Assembly (NCBI GenBank): GCA_964016885.1
Contig: OZ024745.1
Span: 38,192,001-38,256,000, forward strand
Source: Eledone cirrhosa
Taxonomy: Eukaryota
Direction: 5' to 3'
Length of the DNA stretch: 64,000 nucleotides
The translations under genes and the position numbers were made by a program. Shown here piece by piece: positions 1-14,689 of the stretch (the first letter of the stretch is position 1; each line of letters opens with the position of its first letter). A model generated the notes under the pieces. That model saw only the letters and a program-made list of their open reading frames with translations, did no database searches and was not told the origin of the DNA.

Positions 1-571
1 TTCCTTTTCTCCTTCCATTGCAATTCACACCAGTTTGAATTCTTCATCTTTCTCTTACCTTCACACTCATCCACTCTTCCTTTCTTTCTGATTATTATTA
101 TTATTATCATTATTGGCGACCTACGTAGTAAATTGTATCATCGTGAGCTCCGCAAAGGTTTGTTATTTTCAGTTGTTTAAAATTGCCATTTATGAAAATT
201 TTTTATTGTTAACTGTATATAAGTGCACATACATTGATTTCTCAAAAGGACACTCAAAAATATTGGGGCCTTGAGCCCAAAATTTAAACTTTTTATAATT
301 ATCAAACAAAATTTTTTCTTTGAAAAATGATGGATGACTCAAAGTCACTCCTTCCTCACAATCTAACACTTCACACCGACACCACCATTGTAAATATTTC
401 TACGTTTGCCAACACTGGAAATGTAAGCAGTAGCAATATTTAAAATTTGTCTCAGGCAGACGTTCATTTCCCGCCATTACCAATGACTACAGGTGTTAAA
501 ACCGCCACCCCCACCATCACCACAGCGACAACAGAAACAAAGAAAAACATAAATTAGCTCGTGATATCGAA

Positions 572-2256
572 ATGAATTCAACCAAAATGAACTCTTACAC
601 ACCGAACACCACTGACGCCACCACCACCACCACAACTGAAACTAAAATTAACAATAGCAAAAATAACGATAACAACAACAGCAACAATGAAATTAAGAAA
701 ACTACGCTGAGTTTTGCCAGAGTAGCAAAAACGTACGAAGCGATCCAGGTAACTCAAGAGGAATTAGAAGAAGCCAAAGGAATGGTAAAGAAAGATGGGT
801 ACAGGGTCAGCCTCCCCCCACACCTAATAAAATGGAGCAACGTCGCCTATGCACCGTGTCTTATCGGACAACTAACATAAAATCGCGCCGAGTGGAACGG
901 GCATCCGAGTCCAAAATCCAAAAAGCTTTGGGACATGTGTGGGCAAAAAAAACCCACATCAGACGTGGGTAGAAATATGGAACCGTGGACCTGTTCTTTG
1001 AAACACCACAGGAGGCCAGAGAAAACTCCATGGCCCCATTAAAAGTGACGACTTCACACTCGTCCCAAGCTATTGTGGTCAGAGACTTGTGGAGATCAGG
1101 GTGACCCACGTTCCACCGGCCATCGAAATTCCCTGGCTAATGGCTGCCGTCCTCGCCGGCATCGAGGCCAATACCAAGATAAGTGAAATAGCGAGAGAAA
1201 AGCAGGAGACTGGTCCGGATCTGGGATGGAGCTCCTGATCCAAGCGGACCAAAAAAGCATTGAGGAGATCCCAGAGGTAATAGACCTCACTGACTGCAGC
1301 CACCTCACCGTAATCGTCGAGGGCAGAAGACCTAGGTGTGTCGTTTGTGGTGAAGGAACCCAGCTAAGGGCTTTCTTCCCTCAGGCTAAAAGGTTGAGGC
1401 CACCTCTCTTACCCACCCCAGTGACTCAACCATCAACACTACCAGCAGCAGAAATGGGAGCAACAACTGTATCAGCAACAACAGAAGCAACTGTAACAGC
1501 AACAACCCCAACAACAGCAGCAAAACCAACACCACCACCACCCAACGCGCGAAGAACTAGCACCAGCGCCTACACCATCCACCACGCCACAACCAAAACC
1601 AACGCCTGTGGAGGATTTTCCACTCCCCGGCTTATCGCAACTGGAGACAGATTGTGACGACGAGGAGTCGGAAACAGTATCAGGAAAAAAGAAAAAAAGA
1701 AACCAAAAAAGAAAAAAATTCTCTTCCTTCCCCCTCCAAAAACAAAGTACAGAGGGAAGCAAATAAATTTTCAAACAAAAAAGTTAGGACAGATATGCCA
1801 CCATCCACACCAGCATCACCAACCCCATCACCACAAACACCAACACCATCACCATCATTAACCCCAACACCACCATCACCAACACCACAAAAGTCACCAA
1901 AAAGCGTAATAGAATCAAACCCACAACAAACGCAAACAAAACAAAACAACCAAAACGATACACACTACACAGAATTAAATTTGAACAACAATCAATTATT
2001 ACACTACATGCAACACAACACCAGCATCACAGAAAAAGACTACACAATAACCCAAAAGTTCACACCACTTCCACAGATACAAATCACTCGCATCACACAT
2101 AAAACGTACATGACACTAAAACAAAAATTCACCAAAGACATCGGAGAATTCCGACAAACATTCTCCAGGAGGATTTATAAGGACATCCTTCTGGAGGAGG
2201 CCACAAGCAGTGAAAAGGATGGACAAACCATCCTTCCTCTACGAGAAGTAAGGTAA
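572..2256 (+). pseudogene. LINE ORF1 (gag-like RNA-binding protein), fragmented
   Basis: Consecutive + strand fragments; degenerate zinc knuckle RPRCVVCGEGTQLRAFFP; Thr/Pro-rich and basic C-terminal region; lies directly upstream of ORF2. Confidence 0.65.
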
Positions 2257-2290
2257 GTGGTCTTTCCCATCTTTTCCACTCCATTTCAAC

Positions 2291-5200
2291 ATGACCTCAT
2301 TCAGAATAGGAAGCATAAAAGCGCGTGGCTTGGGGTCGTCATGGAAGCAGGGCCACCTGCTCAACGACCTCAGGTCATTAAACATAGATGTAGTGGCCAT
2401 CTGCGAGACCAGAATCTCCGAAGCACGGGCCTTCGCAGCGATCTTCGGCGGCTAAATGTGTACGCATCTCCCAGCCGTCCGGGATCGGGGGAGGAGTTGC
2501 TGTGCTTATTCGGAGAGGTTTGGATCTCACCATACGGGCCATCTTCCTGGACCCAGAAGGTAATTGGTGCTGCTAGTCGTGACCAGCGGAGACGGGCAAG
2601 CTTTCAGGATAGTGGCCGTCTATGTCCCGACAGGAGCAGGGCGGCCTGATTTCTTCCGACGTCTGGAGAACTTTCTTGGAACGTCCCGCTCTTTAGTGAT
2701 AGTGGGCGACTGGAACGGGATCTTAGATGCACGCTGGGACTGTGTGGGATTAGCGGATAGGGGAAGAGGGTGCAAGAGCATCACCAACCTGCTCAGGCGT
2801 TTTGAACAGTCTGACAGCTACCGATTGGATTTCCCGAATGTGCCAATGTGGACTTGGACAATTCATACAGGGTCATTCAGATCATATCTAGATAGAGTAT
2901 TTTGTAGGGAAATAGATAGGTCTAGCATAGGCTGTCCACAATTCAAGATAGTCAGCTACACGGACCACAAATTCGTTATCTGTGTGCTTGACTTAGATAG
3001 GATTCATAGATGAGGACCCGGATACTGGAAGCTAAACGCGTCCTTACCTGCGCTCAAGGCCTACAGAGACCGGATTAGCGAACTAGTTAAGCGCGCGTTG
3101 ACGGGGTCTATCGTCAACAACAAGTGGTGGTTTTGCTCTGAAAAGAGCAATTAGAATAGAGTCCATTAGGTTTAGTAAGGCTTTAGCAATAGAGAAAAAT
3201 AGAGCAGAGGGAGAATTAGAAAATTAGACGAGGCGATTAGCAAAGGCATCGCGACCGACGTACTTACGGCGAAATTGGCCCTTGACCAATTCTTCAATGC
3301 AAAGCACGAAGACTGCGTTGTCAGAGCTACGGTGCGTGCTCTCAGACACGAGGGGATGAAAGCCGTTCAATGGGCCCGAGTGGCGGGGGCGCGTCGTGGA
3401 AACAAAGCCACGCTCCGGTCTTTGGTGGACCTCGACGGGGGCATGCTACTCGATCCCGGGCAAATGTGTGAAGCTTTTCAGCGACACTTCGCTCAGTTGT
3501 TCGGGGTAGCGGCGGGCCGGATCGAGGTATGGACTTTAGTGCCTACCTCGACGGACTGCCGCGACTCTCGGCAACTGAGGTGGAGTGTTGCGGAAAGCCG
3601 ATAACAGCCGCTGAAGTACGGGAGGCAATGACTAGCTGCACAAGGGGTAAATCGCCTGGTTTGGATGGTCTGCCCTATGAACTTTACGTACAGATGCCAG
3701 ACTTGTTCGGAGGCCTCTTGGCGGACGTCTACTGCAACTGGCAACAGAACGGGAGAATTTCCCAGCTCTGTGAGCCGAGGAGCTGTGTGGCGCTGCTGAG
3801 AAAGGATCCGAACAAGGGGGATAACATATAATTTTAGGCCCATAATTCTGCTAAACACAGAGTTGAAGATTTTGGCCAAGGTGCTAGCAAAGAGGTTGGC
3901 GCTTGTCGTTGGTGGTCTGGTGGGAGACATGCGCCATTCCCGACAGATCCATCCACGACAACATCCACCTCATGCGATACATCGTGGAGAGGGTAGCTAG
4001 GGAATCTGGCACGGGTGGGTCCTTGATCAATTTAGATCATTCAAAAGCTTTCGATAGGGTCGACCATCGTTACCTAGCGGCAGTCCTGAGGGCGGCGGGC
4101 TTTGGGCCCGTCTTCAAAGGCTGGATTGCTGCCATGCACAGCGACATTTTCTCTGTGGTGAGAGTGAACGGTCATCTTTCCGAACCGTTCAACATCATGC
4201 GCTCGGTCCGCCAAGGATGTCCCCTCTCGCCCCTCTTGTACGTATTGACTCTCGAGCCATTACTGCACAAACTGGAGACGTTGAGGGGGGTCCCGCGCGA
4301 ACTAGGATGCGGAAGATCCATGTCAGCATATGCCGACGATGTCACCGTAGTGGTGTCGAACGCCAAACACATCGAGGCGATCGGCACTACACTAAGATAA
4401 TACGAAGCGGTGACAGGAGCAATGATCAACCAGGAAAAGTCAGTGGGCCTGCAGCTCGGCACCTGGAGAGGCAGATCCATGCCGTCCAACAGCGTCGTCG
4501 GGCGCTGGACGGACGGACCAGTTAAATTGCTCAGTGTCTGGTTCGGTCTGGATCTCCAGACGGACAGAAACTGGGACGAGGTGACGAGCAGGGTGGCTTC
4601 CCTCACCCAGAAATGGGCCGAGAGGAAGCTCTCCCTGAAAGGTCGAGCGGAAGTGGCTAACGCGTATATCACGTCCGTCATCTACTACCGCCTGACCGTC
4701 GTACCTTGTCCTAAGCCCCGCCTAACTGCGCTGGAGCGTTTGCTCTTTCGCTTTTTGTGGAAGGGACGCGCTCCGATGGTCAGGGGGTCAATCTGCTGTC
4801 AACACCCGCTACTGGGAATGCCGTGGTTGATGATGCGCAGACACGCGCTCAGGCTCCGTCATCTCCACCTCTTCCTCGACGGTGATCAGGTGTGGTCTCC
4901 GTTTGCTAGACGCGTCTTTCCCCAGCTCCTCTCCTTGACGGAGCTGCAGTCCTGGGTCAAGCGAAGACCGAGAGGGAGCGCTTGGAGACTGGAATGTCTT
5001 CAGCCGCTCACAGCCCTCGACCAATCGGGCAATGTGATCGGTGGAAACTCCACCTTGGCGTTCTATAGAGGATTAGTGGAGGGTAAGAGCGACGACGTAC
5101 TTGGGGAAACTCTAGGCGTCGACGAAAATCAACTAGACAATCTCTTTAGAAGAACTTTCGGGCCGGGGCCTATGGACAACTTCCAGAAATCCCTGGCCTG

Positions 5201-5687
5201 GCAGTGCTACCGAGGAGCTTTGCCAGTTCGGGATAAACTCTACAGGCATGGAGGTGCCGTCAGCCGAGCATGCCCGAGATGCGCATAGGGCGATGAAACC
5301 GTCCTGCACGGACTCGTCCAGTGTCCGAGCATTGCTGACTTGTGGGTTTATGTCGAACACCTGCTGTTGCGTGTGGGACGGATCCAGCTATCAGCTGAGT
5401 CCATCGTGAGGATTGCCCCGCCATCTTCCTTTAGCCGGGAAGGGCAGGCAGTTTTTATCTGTCTGGTGGCCATGGCGAAAGAGATAGTATGGTGGACACG
5501 TTTGAAAGCGCTGAAGACGAGCACTTACCTCTTCGGTGATGCCCTGATTAACTTTTTCAAATTTCATTTGAAAAGGAAAATCAGTGTAGAGAGGGAAGTG
5601 CTCCCTTCCCAGCATTTTGTTGAAAGATGGGTGAGAGAAGCAAGTATGGCCCGAGTGAATGGGCCTACTCTGAGTATGTGTCTGTAA
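2291..5687 (+). pseudogene. LINE ORF2 (APE endonuclease, reverse transcriptase, C-terminal CCHC), disrupted
   Basis: MTSFRIGSIKARGL..AICETR, VGDWNG, SYLDRVF, YTDH (APE); KSPGLDGLP, LDHSKAFDRVDH, VRQGCPLSPLLY, AYADD (RT); CPRCA*GDETVLHGLVQC. Confidence 0.93.
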
Positions 5688-5933
5688 ATTAAAGGTGGAA
5701 AACTGTGAGAGGGCACTTGCCCTGGTGGTCAGGGTCACTGTGGCTTTTTAATGGGCTTTCTCCACAAATGTCCCTCGGAAGTCTCCCCCCTATTGGGGAA
5801 TTTTTCTTTGTTATTTTTATTACATCCTTTGTTTATTTTTACACGCAGAAATGCCCATTTGTACCGTCCTGTATTGTCCTGTACTGTCCTTAATGTCTAC
5901 TTTATGTAAACCCTTGTGGTTAATAAAGAACAA

Positions 5934-6040
<107 letters not shown>

Positions 6041-6048
6041 GCGCGCGC

Positions 6049-6089
<41 letters not shown>

Positions 6090-7036
6090 AACCGTATTCG
6101 TGTATGTCTGAAAGCGTCAAAAGCTAATTATCCGCACTGTCTAAGGTATCATTCATTCTACCAATCCGAGAAATAAGAATTTAATTGATCGTTTTTTCTT
6201 CTCTAGATTATGATATTTTGATGTTTCCATGGCAATCGATTTTACTCACCAAGCAACGAGAAAAAGTCACTTGAAATTAGAGATACATGTCTTTTTTTTC
6301 ATTCATTGTATTCTTTCTGGCAGAAAATATTTTGATAAATTTCCCTTTTCGTGACTCACTCGGAAAGAAATCTTTCAATCCATTTAAAACCATAACATTA
6401 TAGAAGAGGAAAAAACCACGAAAAAATAAAGAAATAGGAAAAAAACTATAATAAAGCAGAGAAACTGAAATACTATACAAATCAAATTTTGAAGTAGAGA
6501 AGTGTTGCATAGAAAGGTACAATGTACTCAGAGGAATATTTTAATTATTCAAATTAAATTCTTAACATTTTGATCGGTGTGTTTGGTGTTGGTCAACATT
6601 GAAATGAGGTACTGTATAACTAACCCTTTTAAATAAAATGTTGATTTCCTTTCGTTTTTCACTTATGAGCTTGACACCAATATTACAAACTGCAGCAACC
6701 AACGCAAATGGCGTATATTAATCTGTGCAGCAAAGTTAAAATATTTACTGTATCGTTCATAATGTTAGTATTGATTTTTAACAGAAGTTCACGATCACAT
6801 ATATCTTGTGGTATTAGTGGGAAAAAGTAACGCTCGATTAGGTGGATTCGAAGGCTTACAGTTACTTAATTTATACTTTATAATCCGGAAGATTTGGAAG
6901 TCGGGGATATTAATATTCGAACTCAAAATTTAAGTTCCGAGTTATTTAAAGAGTCATCGTTTAACATATGTTTGTCAATGTTGGCACCAATAGTATCGTC
7001 CGAAGCCAACACACTAATCTAGATGTATATTAAATA

Positions 7037-8457
7037 CTAGCAGTTTAGCCCGGCGTTGCTCGGGTTTGTTCATTTGCTATGAAATTTTACATACAGGTAA
7101 ACGTGGCTTGAAAGCGAATAAGCTTATCAATTAAGTGCATGAAGCAGTTTAACCGGTTATTAAAAGTTACGAACCAATTAGCATTTTGGATAATCAAAGA
7201 TGGGTTAATAATCTTCCAATAGCGAATTTAGCAGACCAAATTGCAAGATGGTGTCCTGATGCCACTGGGTGTCAGATCTGTCCGCCATGGGTGACACTAC
7301 CAGGAGATAGTTTTCCAGACGGCATAGATCCAGCACATCCAACACCTGCACCAACATCTATAGCACCTCTTTGTAGACGATATTGCGTGTCATTCCTTGA
7401 GGAGTGTAAGCAAAAAGTCCATTCCTGCTCCCTACGCGGGTACATGGCAACATAAAGTTAACCATGGGAGAAGCATGGCTCCCCCAAATGGATGCCCGCC
7501 ACCGACAATGTTTACCCCTGTGACTTGTTAATGAACATGGCAAAACATGGTCTCACCGGGAATTGGGATCGTCGGAAATCGAACTAACGCCGAAAGGAAA
7601 CGGTTCATCCTTCGCAGTGTATTCGGCAGAATTGCCAGTAGTACAACACTATGGGTGTTGTCATATTAATATTTAACCAATTAAAGTCGTAAAAAATAAA
7701 TAAACATTCCGATTCATATGTCTATAGCATTAATTTGTTATATGAAGTGTTATTTTGCGGGTTGTTATTTGCAATAAGCCGATTTAAAATACCCCAGAAA
7801 AGCCGTATGTCAATACGGAACTCCAATGACTCCCCCAGCAGTTAAATTAGAGAGTAAAGCAGTTAAATTATAGAGAGAGGGAATAATCTATTATAGAGAG
7901 GGAAGAGCGACGGAGAGAGTAAAGCTAAGAAAGTATAGGGAGGTATGTTAAACCTCAAAGCATGAAAAGGGTAAAGCAGTTAAATTATAGAGAGGGGGAA
8001 TGATCTATTATAGAGAGAGGAAAGAGCAACGGAGAGAGCGTTAAGATTATATTTGTTGTTGTATAAATTGATGAGTTGCTTTGTTGTCGCTTTCCTGAAC
8101 GAAGTTTTGCCGCTGTTGTAAATTATAAGAGAGTTGCAGAGGAGATTGAGAGGGGAGTAGAGGGAGGGATGAACCTTTTAAAGAGAGTTGCAACATATAT
8201 GTAGTTTCATCGATTTTTTAGGGTAGTTGAGAGAGGGATTAAGCGTATAAAAGAGAGGGTTACATCATGCATTTAGTTTTATCGATTTTTTTCATAGAAG
8301 CAGGACACATATGGCAAAGTTTATTACGCGTTGACCATCGATGCTAAATTTCGAGCATATTGGAAAAGAAATCATCGAAATCGGTAGAGAAATATGGAAA
8401 TGCATAAAAATCATACACACACACAGACAGACATCTTCCGTTTTATATATATAGAGA
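7037..8457 (-). mobile_element. Non-autonomous, internally deleted Helitron
   Basis: On - strand begins A|TCTCTATATATATAAAACGG and ends with hairpin CCCGAGCAACGCCGGG, short spacer and CTAG|T; inserted between A and T with no TSD; carries a helicase remnant. Confidence 0.88.
7358..7600 (-). pseudogene. Helitron Pif1-family helicase C-terminal remnant
   Basis: Translates [70 protein letters not shown], matching Pif1 motifs IV-VI of RepHel proteins. Confidence 0.9.
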
Positions 8458-8819
8458 TGACTACATAGCAAACAGTGAGGGTGGATATGCATTAAAGCAA
8501 TAATGGAAAATCAAAACACACATATATACACACGCATACGCATGCATATGTACATAGACACACACACACACATATATATGCATATATATATATGTATGTA
8601 TGTATATATGCATATGTATATATATAAGTATATATGCATATGCATATATATATAAATGTATATATATGTATGTATATATGTATAAATATATATGTATATA
8701 TATATATATATAGAAATATATATATATATATATATGTAATATATGTATATGTATATATATATATATATGTATATATATGTATGTATGTATATATATATAT
8801 ATATATTCATAAATACATA

Positions 8820-8874
<55 letters not shown>

Positions 8875-8920
8875 GAAATGATTCAGTACCCCGAGGGCTG
8901 AGCTCCGGCCGTTTCGACAG

Positions 8921-8978
<58 letters not shown>

Positions 8979-8994
8979 TAAAATAACAGATTAA

Positions 8995-9045
8995 AGTTTA
9001 AGCAGAGAATCGCTGCTTTCACCCTTAACGGGATCTTCTGAAACT
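8995..9045 (-). ncRNA. Type I hammerhead ribozyme-like motif, variant core CAGAAGA
   Basis: AGTTT CAGAAGA T CCC GTTAA GGG T GAAA GCAG CGATTCT CTGC TT AAACT: helices I, II and III all pair; second copy at 56830-56879. Confidence 0.65.
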
Positions 9046-9129
9046 AACAAAGTCATCTGTAAACGCAGAAGTGGATATTTCAAAAAAGTTTCAACCAGAG
9101 GAAGACTGGAAGACGATACTTTGGTTCGT

Positions 9130-9400
9130 GGAAACGTTCCCTGGCAAACAACGGGAAAAAAACGAATATAATACGTCATTAATAGATGCGGTGAAAAACA
9201 ATTACGCGCAAAGACAGAACCGCGTTTATGGTATAACAGAAGTCGTAGACTAATGTTCTCTTAGGTTGTTCATAGACACGTTCTCTGGCAATGAACGGAA
9301 AAATCGAAGATAATACGTTATATGTGGAGCGTGGACAACAATTGGACGCAAAGACAAAACCACGTAAATGGTATAGCTGAAGTTGTAGACTAAAATTCTA
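9130..9400. repeat. Diverged tandem duplication of about 145 bp
   Basis: ACGTTCYCTGGCAA...CGCAAAGACA...ATGGTATA...GAAGTYGTAGACTAA occurs twice (about 9134-9259 and 9278-9399). Confidence 0.75.
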
Positions 9401-9690
9401 ACTAGGAAACCGAATGAATCTCCGCTTCAGAGTTAAGAATAAAGTAAATAAAATACAATACAGAGGTAATAGAAATTAAATAAATACATACACGCAGGCA
9501 AATACGTACATACATAAGCATACGCGAAAACACTTGCCATAGGTATACAAAACCACGCACATATAAATATGTGTGTGTGTGCGTGTATACAAATAAATAA
9601 ATAATTAAATAAACGTATATAAATAAATAAATACGTATATAACAAGCGCACACACATACCTACGTGTAAATACACAAATGTTCGGAGACG

Positions 9691-9736
9691 TAATCTTACT
9701 TAACTAATACAGGACACTATAACATAAACAACACAT

Positions 9737-9786
<50 letters not shown>

Positions 9787-10368
9787 CAAATATCTGTATT
9801 AGTGTAATCGTTCTCAAGCACTTCGCGTCGTCATATAAGTAAGAATTGATATCACATTCATGGTGGGTGCCGGAATATTGTTATGTTATGTGTGTGCGTG
9901 GCTGAAAATGTACAAACTTGAAAATAAGGATAGGGAAACAAAATAGTTATATAAGAATTATACGACAATAAGTAATAAAACAAAAGCCAAGATCAATACG
10001 AAATTCTAAAACATACTAAACAATTTGAAAGGAAACCACAAGACCCACAATATTCAACAGAGAAGAAATACGCGATAGACTGAAGCTAACAATTTTTGAA
10101 ACAAATAAATAAATTAGAAATAAACTCGGTTAAAATCAAGAACATATATCATTACTTTAGCTGTCTCGCAACAACAACAAAAATAAAATTGTTAAAAAAT
10201 TTATGATGAAACAAAATTTAATGTAACAAATCTCACGTACCATATTCCGTTTGGTTTAACCAAAAGCTATATAACACAAATATTTTACTAGCCCAACACT
10301 CAATAAAATATCATAACACTTAATCTTACTTAACTAATACAGGACACTATAACATAAACAACACATAC
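9691..10368. repeat. Identical 48-bp direct repeats bounding a 0.6-kb segment
   Basis: TAATCTTACTTAACTAATACAGGACACTATAACATAAACAACACATAC at 9691 and 10321. Confidence 0.85.
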
Positions 10369-10489
10369 AAAGTGCGCGATTGATGTAGTCACGCACACAT
10401 TGTTATATAATCTAAGGAACATAATGCATACATCTAAGAAATGCAGAAATTCGCTTAGAAACTGTAGAACACAATTAAAATAATATACG

Positions 10490-10900
10490 TAATAATTGTT
10501 TCTACTATTGGCACAAGGGGCCAGCAATTAACCCAGCGCATTACTGGTACTTTATTTTATCGACCACGTAAAGAGGAAAGGCAAAGTTAACCACGGCCGG
10601 ATTTGAACTCAAACCGTAAAAGGCCTTAACTGGAGGCGTCCGACCCTCGACCCATAGTGTCAATCCACCGCCCTCTATACGTACCATACTCTAATATACG
10701 TAATAATTGTTTCTACTTTTGGTACAAGGCCAGCAATTATCCCAGTGCATTACCGGGAAATTAGACATTAGCCCAATAATTTCTGGGGACGGAATATGGA
10801 TTATATCCACTCAAGTACGTAGTTGGCACTTTATTTTATTGACCAGGCAGTATAATAGGCACATTTTACCCCGGCCGGATTTGAACTAACGTTCCGTAAA
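10490..10900 (-). mobile_element. tRNA-derived SINE, two adjacent copies (10490-10672, 10700-10900)
   Basis: Matches the repeated family with A/B-box head GGCGGTGGATTG...GAGTTCAAATCC, core ...GTCGATAAAATAAAGTACCAG and tail CCTTGTGCC...AGTAGAAACAATTATT. Confidence 0.8.
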
Positions 10901-11639
10901 ATATTAGTAACACAAATATTTAATATAAGCAACAATTTAAGAGAAAGAGAAAAACACGTGTTATATCGACCTATTTCTTGCCTGGTACTTTATATTATTT
11001 AACACGGCTGGGTGAAAGGCGAATTGAGCTCAGACAACATTTGTAAAAAGATGTCTGAACAATTACCACTACACACTTTCTGACACTGTAACGATTTTGC
11101 CAATTTACCATACTAAATAATAACACTTATAATACAACATATTTAAATAGCCAAAACATTTCCAGTGCTTGGAACAAGAATGAAATTCCTGCTGTAGCAT
11201 CAGGCTCTCTCCCTTTTGATTGGATTTGAACAGATCTTGATGATATTAACATTAGAAAATGTCTAATATCACACACCACACAATAAAACTGATATTCATT
11301 AAATTGGTATGGGGTGGTTGTTGAGTCTCAGATAACGCGTTTGTCAGTTGATAATGTTGCTCATTACGTTACTGAAATGACATGGAATATAGTTCGAGAG
11401 ATTTCGTATTTCTGGTGATAAGGAAGGTAATAACTATATCGTCATTTCAGTAGAGAGACTCTCTCAAGAAATGTAATTAGACAGCTAAAATTTAAAAGTT
11501 ATGCAGCATAATAGATGGACATCTTCATGGCACACATGAAATTTATATGTGAAAGACATAAAGTTATGTTTCACGTATCAATAAAAATAAACATGAATGA
11601 ATAAATCCAACGTAAATGGGACAGCAGAAGCAACAACGT

Positions 11640-11832
11640 TTCTAATTGAAGGCATTAGATCTGAGTCAATTTTGACGTCAAGTGTTACTGTTGTTCTATC
11701 AATGGAACAGCCTCTTCAATGAATTATCGTGAAAGTGTTTAAGCATACCCCAGACACGTGTTCCGTAATTCTAAAAGAGATTCAGCTTGAAACAATTTGT
11801 GCCGAAGCTGGTCGTTTCAATTACATGTACAA
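11640..11832 (+). mobile_element. Old SINE-like repeat of a second family (related copies 31405-31555, 32430-32475)
   Basis: Shared blocks ATCAA..GAAC...CAGACACGTGT.CC.TAAT...AGATTC...AATTAC..GTACA. Confidence 0.5.
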
Positions 11833-12872
11833 CCCATCCGACAGGCACAAAACACTTTCGGTTTACCCGATTTCTCTGATAAAGCATAGTCGTCTTAAGG
11901 TTATCTAAAATTATATTTGCTCGAGATGTAAAAATAGTGAGATCAAACCTAAACATTATGTTTGAGAAATGAACTTAACCAACCAGACTTGCTGCGACCA
12001 GGCCTGTATGATAAAATGCAAGAGAGCCATTTACAATCTAAATATACTAAGATGAGAAAAGTAAAAGAAATCGATATAATCATATGCTGGAAGTTAAATG
12101 ATCTCGACAACAAGGGAATCTCTACATTAATGTTCCATATGCTAGAATTAGAAGTCAAGTTCAGTTCAAACCCAAGACTTCTACCTTAAAATAGAAAGGA
12201 CATATTTGATAATACTCGTATAGCACTAGATATAATATATAAGAAAGAATGACTGGATGTCGGCTGAACTGGTTTGTTCGATTAATGCTGAAGTCATGAG
12301 GGCTGCTGAACAACAATTTTGAATTTGTAGTGCTATAGATAAGGGATAATCCCGATTAGAGTGCTTTCCATCATATGTCTGAGCGAGCGGATTTGACGGG
12401 GAGGGTAGTGGTCGCTGAGCTTCATACTGGAACAATACACAACATTTTGGTTTCATATCCTAATTGATGTACATTTTCAAACGTAATAATACGAAATTAA
12501 CTCCTTAGAAATTCAAGAGATTACAAATTAGTACCTTTTCAGAATAACGTAATTGTCTAAAACTCCAAGAAATAGCTCCACACTCAAACCTACGCCCTCA
12601 TATACAGTACATAAACATAATTTTGTTTATTAAATTACTGGTGTGTAATTTATTAAACAATGATTGATCTCTCTTTTTCTATCCCTGAAGATATTGTAGA
12701 GAACATATCTATGCAAAAATATATACATATATTCTATAGTGCAATGTTTCACTGAAAACATGTCAAGAAAACAATCCTGTTAATTGGATGAACTCTCTTT
12801 TTACTCCAAGATGACATTGTATATACAGAGAAGGATTTTAAGTCGCTATAAATACTGTTTGATTGAAATAAC

Positions 12873-12922
<50 letters not shown>

Positions 12923-13126
12923 ATGTATGTATGTATGTATGTATGTATGTATGTATGTATGTATGTATGTATGTATATATATATATATGTATCTATGTAT
13001 GTATATGTATATAGATATATACAAACACACACACACACATATATATATACGTATATATATATATATATACATATATATGTATATATATACATATATATAT
13101 ATATATGATGGCTGCCCCCTCGTTGT

Positions 13127-13169
<43 letters not shown>

Positions 13170-14630
13170 CCACATACATACACACGCGCGCAAACACACA
13201 CACACACACACACATACATACATACACACACACACACACAATATATACATATATATATACATTCAATAACAGAGTACAACATTGAAACAAAATAGTAATA
13301 ATCTCTTTTTTCTGCCCACACTAATAGTGCATATCCAGGCAAGTGATTTACATCGGTTTGCAGGATACAATCCCATCGTTGAAACAAAATATTGTCAACC
13401 AGATGATTCCTCTGTTTTCAATTGTACTCAGTTATCGTAGTTATGGGCGTGTTATTTTCATCTCTTTCATACTTTTTGAATATATATGTTTCATATAGCT
13501 TAGGACGAAACTTTGAACACCCATAACTGAAGTTATAAAATAGATCTCGATAAATTCTTCAGATATATGCAAGTTTTAAAGTAAAATAATTTTAGAATTT
13601 AGATATGAATAGTCAATCTAATTTATCTAGTCATTTCCAATACATTAGATTTGTTTTTATGATCATTAACTTTAGTAATTAAAGCTAGAGAAACTAACAA
13701 ATAGAAGTCAGGACAAGAGTTTATTTTGTTTCAGAAATTTATTAGCATATGCGTTTCGTATTGAATCCCACGAAGCGTATTAATTGAACAATTATAACGG
13801 TGATTTATCCTCTTTGAGCCGGCGAAGGAACATCTAAGTGGAAGTGCCTCCTGTTAATAATAGCAGCAAAGTCACATTCAAACCACCTTATGGTTTATCT
13901 GTACTTACATGCTTGTATTTTTTGCGTAACAACGAGCTATATAACTCTCCACTACAGTACTTGATATAAGCCTCAAACACGAATGTCTCAGTTTAAATAA
14001 TACACATGAATATACATACATTTTTCATGTAAGTCTGTATATGCTGTTGTATCTGTATAATATTCTTTTTGTATATAGCCGTGCATCAATGTGGGCACGT
14101 GCTTGTCGTTCAGGAGTGTTCGTATAAATGTGTGGTTGTGTGTGCATCTTTTCTTAAACCTAGAACTCACGGTCACAAAATAACTATATACTCCAGTCAT
14201 CGACATGACACAGACCCTCATCCCAATATAAACCACAGAAAAACGTGACAAACTTCTTGGAGTTTGAAAGCTGCACCGGCAAATGTAAAAATACATAAAT
14301 TAATTAATCAGCCTAATCCTTTAACCCATGTAAATCGTAGTGACCAACCTTCACTTAGTAATTTGACCCCTTTGTGCTGCGATCTACTCCAACTAATAAT
14401 ATAGAGTAGTATCTCCTGCACCTTGCTTGCCCACAACCACTGTTATGTACACCATATGCTCGCCTGTAGACGGATGATACCATCGTGTTCCAAACTATGA
14501 AAAGCATATCAAAAACGAAAACAAAAGTACCCTTTGATGTGTTGCAATCATATTGATGTTTTTGAAACGCGCATAACAGGATTATATAATAAACATAATT
14601 CTTCCTCACTTCTTTATAATACAGTATATA

Positions 14631-14669
<39 letters not shown>

Positions 14670-14689
14670 TTTTTCGTATATTTGCCCTA

